From assembly GCA_018400875.1 (NCBI GenBank), contig JAGYLV010000001.1:77847-141846 (forward strand): DNA of 64,000 nt. Reading direction: 5' to 3'. The notes beneath the pieces were generated by a model. The model saw nothing but the letters and a program-made list of their open reading frames with translations, was not told where the DNA came from and ran no database searches. Shown one piece after another: positions 49,275 to 56,899 of this stretch. This DNA comes from a bacterium (GTDB lineage: Bacteria > Bacillota_I > Bacilli_A > Izemoplasmatales > Izemoplasmataceae). Each line of letters begins with the position of its first letter. The stretch's first letter is position 1. The position numbers were made by a program, and so were the translations under genes.

Positions 49275-49695
49275 TTAAGTATGCCTGTTGGTTTTCGATG
49301 AGCTCTTGGATAATGTAGGTAAAGTTTTTTTGATCCCTCGGGGACAGTGAATGCAGTAAGATTTGTTCGCAATGACTTTCCAGTCCGTGGATGGTTGAAA
49401 GTTGTTCGGACGCTTTTTTTGTAAGATAAAGATGTTGTTTACGGCGGTCAGAAACATCGGTTTCTTTTTGAATCCAACCAGCTCCAACGAGCCTACGGAT
49501 AATGCCTGAGAGCGTAGCTTTGTCTGAATCCAGTAAGACGATTAACGACTGCGCGAGTATACCAGGGGTTTGTTCGATTTCTTTGAGCGCTAAATATTGT
49601 GCATAGGTGACATCATAGCGTTCCAACATCCGGTTCATTATGCGTTTGTGATTCAGGGATATCTTTTGCAGACTGTTACACAGTTCATGCATCAT
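49255..49695 (-). CDS. MarR family transcriptional regulator
   Basis: 146 aa with a winged-helix core (TYAQYLALKEI...DRRKQHLYLT). Confidence 0.8.
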   Translation of the reverse strand: MMHELCNSLQKISLNHKRIMNRMLERYDVTYAQYLALKEIEQTPGILAQSLIVLLDSDKATLSGIIRRLVGAGWIQKETDVSDRRKQHLYLTKKASEQLSTIHGLESHCEQILLHSLSPRDQKNFTYIIQELIENQQAYLSEESNA

Positions 49696-50314
49696 GGTCG
49701 CTTACCTCCTTAACCTCGGGAGTGGTTTCTTGCCATTCAATGGATTTTAAATCTTGGACCGGTTCTTGTTTTTCTGTTTCTGGATTCTTATATGCTTTAT
49801 ACGCGACAAACCCAGTTTTAAGGGCTCGCTTAAGGGCCACGGTAACGACAATCCCGCTCATCACAGCGGGGGTAAACGTGCCTTCGATGATGAGGTAGGT
49901 TCCGGCCACTAAAGCCGCAATATGAATAAAAAAGGTCGCTAAATCTTCCGTTTGATCACTGACCCGGGTGCCATAAAAGTAAAGCGTTCCCCGGAGAATA
50001 AAAAGGCCACCAAGTAAATAACCAAACCAAACGCCTAAAGAGCCACGCGTCACCCAACCGATGTAAATAAAGACACCACCGATCAAGATCTGGCCCACAA
50101 TTTCACCGAGATAAAGTTTAATGGTGAGCGTTTTTTCTTTTCGTTTAATGAGTGTCCATAGGCGCCACAACGCAAAAATAATGATAATAAGTCCCATTAC
50201 GGGAACCATGATGGATTCGCTATTAAAGATTGTGAGGACCAACGCTACACTTAAGTAAAAAATCGTGTAAAGAATATTGAGAGGGCCTTTATATTTCAAG
50301 GCAAAATTTTTCAT
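49685..50314 (-). CDS. Polytopic membrane protein, unknown function (HdeD/DUF308-like?)
   Basis: ~6 TM helices. The start was chosen at ATG 50314 (MKNFALKY), which has an AGGAGA RBS at 50321-50326. The longer ORF start lies inside the upstream RNA hairpin. Confidence 0.55.
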   Translation of the reverse strand: MKNFALKYKGPLNILYTIFYLSVALVLTIFNSESIMVPVMGLIIIIFALWRLWTLIKRKEKTLTIKLYLGEIVGQILIGGVFIYIGWVTRGSLGVWFGYLLGGLFILRGTLYFYGTRVSDQTEDLATFFIHIAALVAGTYLIIEGTFTPAVMSGIVVTVALKRALKTGFVAYKAYKNPETEKQEPVQDLKSIEWQETTPEVKEVSDHDA

Positions 50315-50326
50315 ACACAGTCTCCT

Positions 50327-50497
50327 AAAAGAACTACAGACTTGGAAATCACTCAATAGCAGAACCGACGTCTACTAGGGGGGTCACCTCTTGTTTTAGC
50401 TTTAGGATTCCCGTTAGGGTTATCAACACCACTAAAACCTCAGTGCCTTATGCAATAATTTGGGGTCGCTTATGAGTGATTTCCAACCCTGTAGTTC
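50327..50497 (-). ncRNA. Highly structured ~170-nt small RNA with 6S-RNA-like architecture (candidate ssrS)
   Basis: Arms of 25 nt (50331-50355 and 50473-50497) pair with two mismatches, and pairing continues inward. Inside are an asymmetric central loop, an inner stem (GGCAC/GUGCC, GUUUUAG/CUAAAAC) and an apical hairpin. A UUUU run follows the closing stem, and a consensus promoter is positioned so that transcription would start at the first arm. Confidence 0.5.
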
Positions 50498-50504
50498 TAA
50501 GCTC

Positions 50505-50533
50505 ATTATAGGCTTATCAAAGGGCTTTGTCAA
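50505..50533 (-). promoter_or_regulatory. Consensus sigma-A type promoter TTGACA-17-TATAAT driving the small RNA
   Basis: -35 is plus-strand tgtcaa at 50528-50533; -10 is plus-strand attata at 50505-50510; the spacer is exactly 17 nt. The -10 ends 7 nt before the hairpin arm. Confidence 0.7.
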
Positions 50534-50555
50534 TGAAGTGCCTGGGGGGCTAAGC

Positions 50556-50586
50556 CAAAAAAAACAGGAGAAATATCTCCTGTTTT
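50556..50586 (-). terminator. Intrinsic terminator after rplT (bidirectional shape)
   Basis: Stem acaggaga/tctcctgt followed by T8-9 on the minus strand and T4 on the plus strand. Confidence 0.8.
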
Positions 50587-50603
50587 ATCGTTGGATTGAG
50601 AAT

Positions 50604-51362
50604 TTATGCTTTTTCGATCAATGCAATGAGCTCTGCTTTTTTCAAACTGGAATAGCCTTCTAATCCTTTTTCTTTAGCAAGGGCTTTTAATTCAGCAACG
50701 GTCATGCCACTTAAATCTGCGGTTGCTTCTTTTTTCGCCGCAGGTTTAGCTTTAGGCGCCGCTTTAGCCTCCACTTTGGGAGCTGCTTTAGCTTTGGATT
50801 CTGCTTTGGGAGCCGCTTTAGCTTTGGGTTCTGCTTTGGGTTCTGCTTTAGGCGCCGCTTTAGCTTTGGGTTCTGCTTTGGGTTCGGCTTTAGGAGCCGC
50901 TTTAGCTTTGGGAGCCGCTTTAGCTTTGCTTTCAGCTTTAGGCGCCGCTTTAGCTTTGGGTTCTGCTTTAGGTGCTGCCTTTGCTACTTCCACAGGCGCT
51001 TTTGGATTGGCAATGCCTTCTTTGGCTTGAGCCACTAGCGCTTGGAATGCTTTGTCGTCGTTAATGGCAAGGTCGGCTAAGACTTTACGGTTTAAGACGA
51101 CATTGGATTTTTTGAGTCCATTCATAAATTGGGAATAACTCATCCCATGAATGCGGGCCGCAGCGTTGATTCGGCTAATCCAAAGTTTACGAAAATCACT
51201 TTTCCGTTTTTTCCGGTCTCTGTATGCATACATGAGAGATTTCATTACTTGTTCATGGGCGGTTTTGTACAGTAAATGTTTCGATCCAAAGTATCCTTTG
51301 GCGAGCTTTAATACCTTTTTGCGTCGTTTACGGGCGACGGTCCCACCTTTAACTCGAGCCAT
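50604..51362 (-). CDS. rplT: 50S ribosomal protein L20 fused to an Ala/Lys/Pro/Glu repeat tail and a C-terminal Rho_N/SAP-like domain
   Basis: Residues 1-118 are canonical L20 (MARVKGG...RKVLADLAI). Residues ~121-211 are [10 protein letters not shown]-type repeats. Residues ~216-252 read [36 protein letters not shown]. Confidence 0.9.
   Translation of the reverse strand: MARVKGGTVARKRRKKVLKLAKGYFGSKHLLYKTAHEQVMKSLMYAYRDRKKRKSDFRKLWISRINAAARIHGMSYSQFMNGLKKSNVVLNRKVLADLAINDDKAFQALVAQAKEGIANPKAPVEVAKAAPKAEPKAKAAPKAESKAKAAPKAKAAPKAEPKAEPKAKAAPKAEPKAEPKAKAAPKAESKAKAAPKVEAKAAPKAKPAAKKEATADLSGMTVAELKALAKEKGLEGYSSLKKAELIALIEKA
50730..51002 (-). repeat. In-frame degenerate tandem repeats encoding (A/E)(K)(A)(A/E)PK units within rplT
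   Basis: The DNA shows iterated gctttagctttggg(t/a)(t/g)c(t/c)gc units. The antisense ORF 50704-51030 is an artefact of these repeats. Confidence 0.85.
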
Positions 51363-51371
51363 GATTCACCT

Positions 51372-51572
51372 CTACTTGATGTTATCCAAATTAGCTTTAA
51401 TCCGTTTTACGTCACTGGATGAAAGATAATTGGCCGAGCGATTATTACGCACGGTATTTTTATTTTTGTTCGATTTTAAGTGGTTGTGTTGTGCGTGGGC
51501 GACTTTAAAATTGCCATTCGCGGTCCGCTTGACGCGTTTTTTTGTGCCACTATGGGTTTTCATTTTAGGCAT
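51372..51572 (-). CDS. rpmI: 50S ribosomal protein L35
   Basis: 66 aa beginning MPKMKTHSGTKKRVK. Confidence 0.95.
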   Translation of the reverse strand: MPKMKTHSGTKKRVKRTANGNFKVAHAQHNHLKSNKNKNTVRNNRSANYLSSSDVKRIKANLDNIK

Positions 51573-51590
51573 AGTGTGCCTCCTTGTGAT

Positions 51591-52127
51591 TTAGTTTTTT
51601 TTGATCGGAGAAAGGACCATGTGCATGTTGCGGCCTTCTCGTTTCGGACGGGTTTCAATGGATGCTAAGTCTTCACATTTTTGGGCAAAATTAAGCATCA
51701 CTTCACGCCCTCTTTCCGTGTGGGCCATTTCCCGGCCTCTAAAACGGATGGAGAGTTTAAGTTTGTTGCCTTTTTCCAGAAATTTACGGCCGTTTTTCAG
51801 TTTCGTTTCTAAGTCATGGGCCTCAATTTTGGGGGATAAACGAATCTCTTTAAGCGTCGTCGTGGCCTGCTTCTTCTTCGCTTCTCGCTGTTTACGTTGC
51901 ATGTCGTATTTATACTTGGAGTAATCCATAAACTTCGCCACCGGAGGTTTCGCACCCGGGGCGACTAAAACGACATCTAAATCACGTTCACCGGCCCGCT
52001 CCATCGCTTCTTCTAGGCTCATTACACCCAGTTGTTCGCCGGTGTCGGTGATGACCATCATTTCTTTGACACGAATGGTGTCATTGACGTTGGTGACCAC
52101 TTCACGCTTTCTTGGATTTCTGACGAT
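51591..52127 (-). CDS. infC: Translation initiation factor IF-3, probable non-AUG start (ATC at 52127 or ATT at 52133)
   Basis: IF3 N- and C-domains are present. The frame stays open upstream of the tracked GTG at 52100, back to the TGA at 52136-52134. A GAGGTGA RBS lies 6-8 nt before ATC. IF3 genes classically use AUU/AUA/AUC starts. Confidence 0.85.
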   Translation of the reverse strand: MVRNPRKREVVTNVNDTIRVKEMMVITDTGEQLGVMSLEEAMERAGERDLDVVLVAPGAKPPVAKFMDYSKYKYDMQRKQREAKKKQATTTLKEIRLSPKIEAHDLETKLKNGRKFLEKGNKLKLSIRFRGREMAHTERGREVMLNFAQKCEDLASIETRPKREGRNMHMVLSPIKKN

Positions 52128-52291
52128 AAAAATTCACCTCACAATAAAAAATGTGGACGCCAAGATGTCCACACCTACAAAAAAACACTTTGCACGGGCG
52201 ATGGACCCATTGACGAAGTCAATCAGGTGAGAGTTTCCTCTACTTTCCTCGATTTACTCAAGTATTATAGCACGCTACTTTAAACTGTCAA
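52128..52291 (-). promoter_or_regulatory. infC-rpmI-rplT promoter (TTGACA-16-TGCTATAAT) and leader with an intrinsic attenuator (candidate L20 leader)
   Basis: -35 at 52286-52291 and -10 at 52264-52269. The leader holds the hairpin ATTGAC-TTC-GTCAAT and a terminator-like stem tgtggac/gtccaca (52152-52173) plus T6, just before the RBS. Confidence 0.6.
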
Positions 52292-52294
52292 GCC

Positions 52295-52954
52295 TCAAAG
52301 GAGGTCTTTTCTTAAGGCGATAAACCCCATCGCGCTCACGCCAGTGAGTAACATCGTTCCGATTTGCCAAAGATTGACCGGCGCTGATTCCATAGAACTT
52401 AGGGAAAATAAGGGCCACCATCCGTGCAGGAAGGGTATATTTGGCTCCAACCAAAAAAGCATGATTTGGAGGCTCGAAAGGGCGAGCCATGCCAGCGGCT
52501 TTAAACCTAACCCCATTCCGATACCGATCATTAGACTCCACGCGGCGATGGTTCTAATAAGCGCGCCCATAAAATCAAGCGGCACGGAATAATAGACGCT
52601 TAAAACCACGGTAAAAAGCGTGCTCATAGACAGTGAAATAAACACGCTGGAACTGTAAGAGAAAAATAAAAGAGCGATCGTTTTCAACCGGCCACAGCGT
52701 GACATGTAAGGCGTCCACTTCGCAAATGGGTGCCATAAAAAATAAGCTAAGACTCCAATCACACCGTGTTGAAGTATCCAAATGAAAACGACCCATTGTC
52801 GAATGAAGCCTTCCCCCGTGCGCGCCCACGTAAAATAGCTTAACCCGCGCGGTGTATGCATGAATAGGGCAAAGATAAACGCCAAAGCATGGGCTATGAA
52901 CGTGGCTTTCAAAAGGAATGAAAGCTCGGGAAAGTGAAACATAAAGCGTTTCAT
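52295..52954 (-). CDS. ABC-2-type-like polytopic membrane protein (putative permease partner)
   Basis: ~6 TM helices. The ATG at 52954 overlaps the TGA of the upstream ATPase gene (ATGA). Confidence 0.5.
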   Translation of the reverse strand: MKRFMFHFPELSFLLKATFIAHALAFIFALFMHTPRGLSYFTWARTGEGFIRQWVVFIWILQHGVIGVLAYFLWHPFAKWTPYMSRCGRLKTIALLFFSYSSSVFISLSMSTLFTVVLSVYYSVPLDFMGALIRTIAAWSLMIGIGMGLGLKPLAWLALSSLQIMLFWLEPNIPFLHGWWPLFSLSSMESAPVNLWQIGTMLLTGVSAMGFIALRKDLL

Positions 52955-53472
52955 GAAAAGTTGACCACTGGCCAACCGGGATAGACCGCCGGCGTGTGCG
53001 TGATGATGCTTACGGGGGGGTTAATGGCTTTTAAGACCCGCATGGCCCATTTTGCACTAAAAACATCTAACCCATGCAGGGGTTCATCCAATAAATAATG
53101 ATCCGCTGGCCATGACAAGGCATAGACTATCCGGAGTTTTTGGCGCATGCCTGTGGAGCATTCATTGACCGATAAAACATATTGATCGGGGTGGAAAAAG
53201 TCATGAAACAAAGCCCGGGCGTCCCCTTTTAAAAAAGGAATAAACGCTCCGATGGTCTTTTTGGGTAAGGGAAATTCCACCGGCATGTAAAACACATGCG
53301 CGGGTTTAACCATCCTTCCTTGATAATCAACAAGTCCCGCACAGGCTTTAAAAAGGGTGCTTTTCCCGCACCCATTTATCCCGTTTAAAAGGCATTTCTC
53401 GGGAAGCGCTAATGTATTTAATTGAATGCTCGCATGGCGGTAGTGTTTAGAAAAATCATTAATTTGAATCAT
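52951..53472 (-). CDS. Minimal ABC transporter ATPase (173 aa)
   Basis: Walker A GINGCGKST, degenerate signature CSTGMRQK, Walker B YLLDEP and H-loop IITH. The protein ends just after the H-loop. Confidence 0.65.
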   Translation of the reverse strand: MIQINDFSKHYRHASIQLNTLALPEKCLLNGINGCGKSTLFKACAGLVDYQGRMVKPAHVFYMPVEFPLPKKTIGAFIPFLKGDARALFHDFFHPDQYVLSVNECSTGMRQKLRIVYALSWPADHYLLDEPLHGLDVFSAKWAMRVLKAINPPVSIITHTPAVYPGWPVVNFS

Positions 53473-54397
53473 CCCGTTGTCCTTGGATTAATTGATCTAT
53501 ATGAATGCGCCTCTGGATAAATAAAAAGGGCGCGATGCACTCTTCTTTCAAGATTGAACCTTCTTTAAAGCCCAAGCAAACCGGGACTTCGCCGACCGGT
53601 GCGAGCGGATGATACGGGACAATCATCGTCTTAGTTTCACCGGGCTCGATGGGGGCTAATGAATGGGGCGTATAATCGCTCAATGGTTGACCTGCAATAA
53701 AGGAGTCATTCGTCATATGGATGACTTCACGGGGGGCCAATAAGTCGCTAAACCCAAGGTGAATCTGCGCAATGTCTAAGGGGACGCTGGTCCGGTTTTT
53801 CACCCGAATATAAAGACCTTCCAAGTGCTCATCTTGAAACAATCCGTAAAGACTTTCTATACTAAATGATTCCAAGGTATCGGGTGTAAAAACGCCCACA
53901 TGGATGCCGCCAAATTCTATGACTTCATCGTTGATTAAGCGGATCGATAGCGTCGCATTCTCAAAGCGTGTGGGATGAGTCGCAGCGTCCCAAGGGAAAC
54001 TGAGTATAAGATCCGTCGCATAAAGTGGCCCCGCTTCTAACGACTCACTGATGGCTTCTAAGCGAAGGGAGACCTCACTGTCTAAAGTCTTAAGTGTGAT
54101 CCCAACGATGGCCTCTTGATAAAGAAAAGGGTGGGTTGAAGCCGGATGATATAGCGTCCATGTGAACGTTTCATCGGGGATGAGGGCAATGCGTTCAGGG
54201 GCCATATATAGGGTGGAGTCAATGGGCTTAAGCCGCATCCATGTAAGCCCTAAAAGACTAACGAAAAGAATGATCCAAAGGGACTTTTTCAATGCCGTAA
54301 TACTCCGTCGCCAATATAAAATATTCGTATCCTCCTTCTCTGACCGGTCTAAAAAAGCGGTAAAATTTCGCCACCCCATTGGTGATATACCCTTCAC
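53459..54397 (-). CDS. Single-pass membrane protein with a large extracytoplasmic domain, unknown function
   Basis: Cytoplasmic N-terminus, one TM helix (SLWIILFVSLLGLTW), then a ~260-aa beta-rich domain. The start is uncertain (ATG 54397, ATG 54379, or ATT 54322 after an AAGGAGG at 54331-54337). Every option overlaps the upstream gene. Confidence 0.5.
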   Translation of the reverse strand: MKGISPMGWRNFTAFLDRSEKEDTNILYWRRSITALKKSLWIILFVSLLGLTWMRLKPIDSTLYMAPERIALIPDETFTWTLYHPASTHPFLYQEAIVGITLKTLDSEVSLRLEAISESLEAGPLYATDLILSFPWDAATHPTRFENATLSIRLINDEVIEFGGIHVGVFTPDTLESFSIESLYGLFQDEHLEGLYIRVKNRTSVPLDIAQIHLGFSDLLAPREVIHMTNDSFIAGQPLSDYTPHSLAPIEPGETKTMIVPYHPLAPVGEVPVCLGFKEGSILKEECIAPFLFIQRRIHIDQLIQGQRDDSN

Positions 54398-54893
54398 CGT
54401 AAATGGCGACCCTCAGTGAGGTTCCCGGGTCCACTTCGATGTCTATTTGGGTTTGTTCTTCAATGGTTTTGACGGTGGAATTGGAATAAGACAAATCAAG
54501 CTTAGCCTCTAAGTTGAGATCAAACCCCTTGACTTTGCCTTTCATGCGGGTGGTGATTTGACCCCGGGCATCGTATTGAATTTTCGATTGTTCGCTCACT
54601 TTGAGCGTGTACGATTGTTCAATCGGGGTGATGCCCGCGTTATCAATCATGAGGACGGTTTCTTTGGTGAAAAGCACTTTTTCATGTTCGGTGACGGGTT
54701 CAACGATCCATCCCCAAAAGCGTTTGTCGTCAATACGGTTTAAATAGCGGGTCATATCCAAATGGGAAAAGTCATTTAAGAAAGACCGGTTAGACTTGGT
54801 GAAATGAATCGTTTGGAAGTGCGTGTATTCACTCGCCTGGACTGACTGGGGCATCCACGCCAGGATCATGCAAAAAATCAACAGCCATTTCAT
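54258..54893 (-). CDS. Secreted beta-rich protein, unknown function
   Basis: The start was chosen at ATG 54893 (MKWLLIFCMILAWMPQSVQA signal peptide), which has an AAAGGAGG RBS. The mature part is rich in alternating polar/apolar beta-strand patterns. Confidence 0.55.
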   Translation of the reverse strand: MKWLLIFCMILAWMPQSVQASEYTHFQTIHFTKSNRSFLNDFSHLDMTRYLNRIDDKRFWGWIVEPVTEHEKVLFTKETVLMIDNAGITPIEQSYTLKVSEQSKIQYDARGQITTRMKGKVKGFDLNLEAKLDLSYSNSTVKTIEEQTQIDIEVDPGTSLRVAIYGEGYITNGVAKFYRFFRPVREGGYEYFILATEYYGIEKVPLDHSFR

Positions 54894-54956
54894 TACTTGC
54901 CTCCTTTTACTTAAACCATTCACTGAAAAGCGAAATTTACTCATAAAAAAAACACT

Positions 54957-55778
54957 TTATTTTTCAATAAAGTGTTGAAGCTCTGACAGTTTTTCTAAGG
55001 CGATGTGTCTTCCGTACGCCATCCGTTCGATGGATTTTTCCGGGACAAAATCTAAAATCCGGCCCAGTGATTTTTCTGGATGGACATACAAGACCTCTGC
55101 ATCCCCCGAATAAAAGGTGCGTTTGAGATTGTATTTAAATAAATCAATGACGAGAATATGGGTGCACCCCGCATCCAAAAGCGGTCTTAAAGGCGTGTTG
55201 TTATACACCCCACCATCCACATAGAGCCCATCGCCGATTTTGACTGGCTTAAATACGACCGGCACGGCGGTGGAAGCCATCAACGTTTTCCGCATGACTT
55301 TTTGGCTGACCGTATGGAGAGGAATGTATTCGACGGGTAAATGCCCATGCATAATACTTTTAAGGTTGTGGGCAATAATACCCCCAAGGGTAGTATCCCC
55401 ACTGCCTACCCGGGTGGTGCCGATATAAATTTCCCGGCCATCCAGTTTCGATTTAACCAACATCTCATCGAGATGCTTTTCGAGTTTGAGGGTGGGTAAT
55501 AGCCCATGGTTTAAGACATCAAATTCATTGTTTTTAAATTTTTCCAGTAACGATTTTTCCGACTTAAAGGCATTTTTTTTATCCACGGTTTCCCACACAA
55601 ACCGGGAATCATCCAGTTGATTGGAAGCCACACTAAAGGCATGTAACGCCCCAATCGATACCCCTGAAATGACAGAAAAAGCCTCTAATAGACCATTTTC
55701 ATGAAGTACTTCTAATACGCCTTGTTGAAAGGCGCCTTTCGCGCCGCCGCCTGCTAAGGCGAGTCCGAGTTTTTTCAT
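54957..55778 (-). CDS. Patatin-like phospholipase
   Basis: GGGAKG oxyanion motif, GVSIG (GxSxG nucleophile) and VDGG (catalytic Asp). The ATG overlaps the mnmA TGA (ATGA at 55775-55778). Confidence 0.85.
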   Translation of the reverse strand: MKKLGLALAGGGAKGAFQQGVLEVLHENGLLEAFSVISGVSIGALHAFSVASNQLDDSRFVWETVDKKNAFKSEKSLLEKFKNNEFDVLNHGLLPTLKLEKHLDEMLVKSKLDGREIYIGTTRVGSGDTTLGGIIAHNLKSIMHGHLPVEYIPLHTVSQKVMRKTLMASTAVPVVFKPVKIGDGLYVDGGVYNNTPLRPLLDAGCTHILVIDLFKYNLKRTFYSGDAEVLYVHPEKSLGRILDFVPEKSIERMAYGRHIALEKLSELQHFIEK

Positions 55779-56899
55779 CGTGGAAGTTTTTCGTCTCCTT
55801 CATAGACCGCATCGATAAATCCCCCCCCTAAGCATTCTTCACCCTGGTAAAAGACCACGGCTTGACCGGGAGTGACGGCGCGGGCGGGTTCATTAAACAT
55901 TACTTTAAAACCCGTTTCTACTTCGTGAATGGTGACGGAGTGATCGGTTTGGCGGTGTCTAAATTTCGCCGTACAGGTGAGACCGTCCACCGATAGGTCA
56001 GCAAGCCAGTTGAGCTCTGACCCAAATGCATGGGTGCCATAGAGTTTCGGATGATGATAGCCTTGCGCGGCAAGCAGCACGTTACGCTCTAAATCTTTCC
56101 CCACCACAAACCACGGCTCGGTATCGTAGGCTTTTAATCCCCCGATGCCTAGGCCCTTGCGTTGACCGATGGTGTAATGCATGAGACCGGTATGTTCGCC
56201 GATGACTTCACCGTCTAAGGTTTCAATCGCTCCCGGCTTGGCGGGTAAATAGTTGTTCAAAAACTGATTAAAATCACGCTCACCAATGAAACAAATGCCG
56301 GTGGAATCTTTTTTCTTCGCCGTGGCCAATTTGAGTTTTTCAGCGATGGCACGGATTTCGGCTTTCGTGTAATCGCCAATGGGAAACAGCACATTTTTCA
56401 GTTGATCTTGATTGAGTTGCGATAAAAAATAGGTTTGATCTTTATTATCGTCTTTGGCTCTGAGTAACCGTAAACGGCCCGTATGATCAATCCGGGCAAA
56501 ATGACCCATCGCAAAATAATCCGGCTCAAAGCGTGATCCGTAATCAAAAAACTCCGCAAACTTGATCATCTTATTACACATGACATCGGGGTTGGGGGTT
56601 CTGCCTTTTTCGTATTCGCGGATAAAATACTGAAAGACTTTATCCCAGTACGTTTCAATGAAATTGACTTTATGCAGGGGGATTCCGAGTTGATTGGCCA
56701 CTTTCTGCGCATCTTGGAAGTCTCTTTCTTGTTCGCAGACTTCATCGTTTAATGTGGGATTGCCTAATACATCTTGGTTGGTCGTGGCGTCCCAATTGCG
56801 CATAAATAAGCCGATGACTTCATGACCGGCCTCTTTGAGTAAGTAAGCAGCCACACTGGAATCGACCCCGCCACTCATGCCGAGGACTACTCTAGCCAT
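55775..56899 (-). CDS. mnmA: tRNA-specific 2-thiouridylase
   Basis: PP-loop GMSGGVDSS and catalytic cysteines. The start was chosen at ATG 56899 (or 56911); the 47-aa extension in the ORF track overlaps nadE. Confidence 0.9.
   Translation of the reverse strand: MARVVLGMSGGVDSSVAAYLLKEAGHEVIGLFMRNWDATTNQDVLGNPTLNDEVCEQERDFQDAQKVANQLGIPLHKVNFIETYWDKVFQYFIREYEKGRTPNPDVMCNKMIKFAEFFDYGSRFEPDYFAMGHFARIDHTGRLRLLRAKDDNKDQTYFLSQLNQDQLKNVLFPIGDYTKAEIRAIAEKLKLATAKKKDSTGICFIGERDFNQFLNNYLPAKPGAIETLDGEVIGEHTGLMHYTIGQRKGLGIGGLKAYDTEPWFVVGKDLERNVLLAAQGYHHPKLYGTHAFGSELNWLADLSVDGLTCTAKFRHRQTDHSVTIHEVETGFKVMFNEPARAVTPGQAVVFYQGEECLGGGFIDAVYEGDEKLPR

Noticed and set aside
50331-50497. 25-nt terminal inverted repeats, considered as a MITE or IS remnant.
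   Set aside because: There is no transposase and no obvious target-site duplication. A consensus promoter is positioned exactly at one arm and a U tract follows the other, so a structured RNA gene is the better explanation.
50730-51002. Tandem DNA repeats that at first glance could be a CRISPR-like or satellite array.
   Set aside because: The repeats are short, degenerate and contiguous, with no spacers. They lie in frame inside the rplT coding sequence, so this is a coding low-complexity repeat.
50704-51030. 108-aa Ala/Leu/Gly-rich ORF on the plus strand.
   Set aside because: It is the antisense reading of the Ala/Lys/Pro repeat region of rplT. Its low-complexity composition is a mirror artefact and it has no RBS.
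52951-53472. The 173-aa ABC ATPase, considered as a truncated pseudogene.
   Set aside because: Walker A, signature-like, Walker B, D-loop and H-loop are all present in order. The gene is ATGA-coupled to its membrane partner, so it looks like an intact minimal NBD rather than a fragment.
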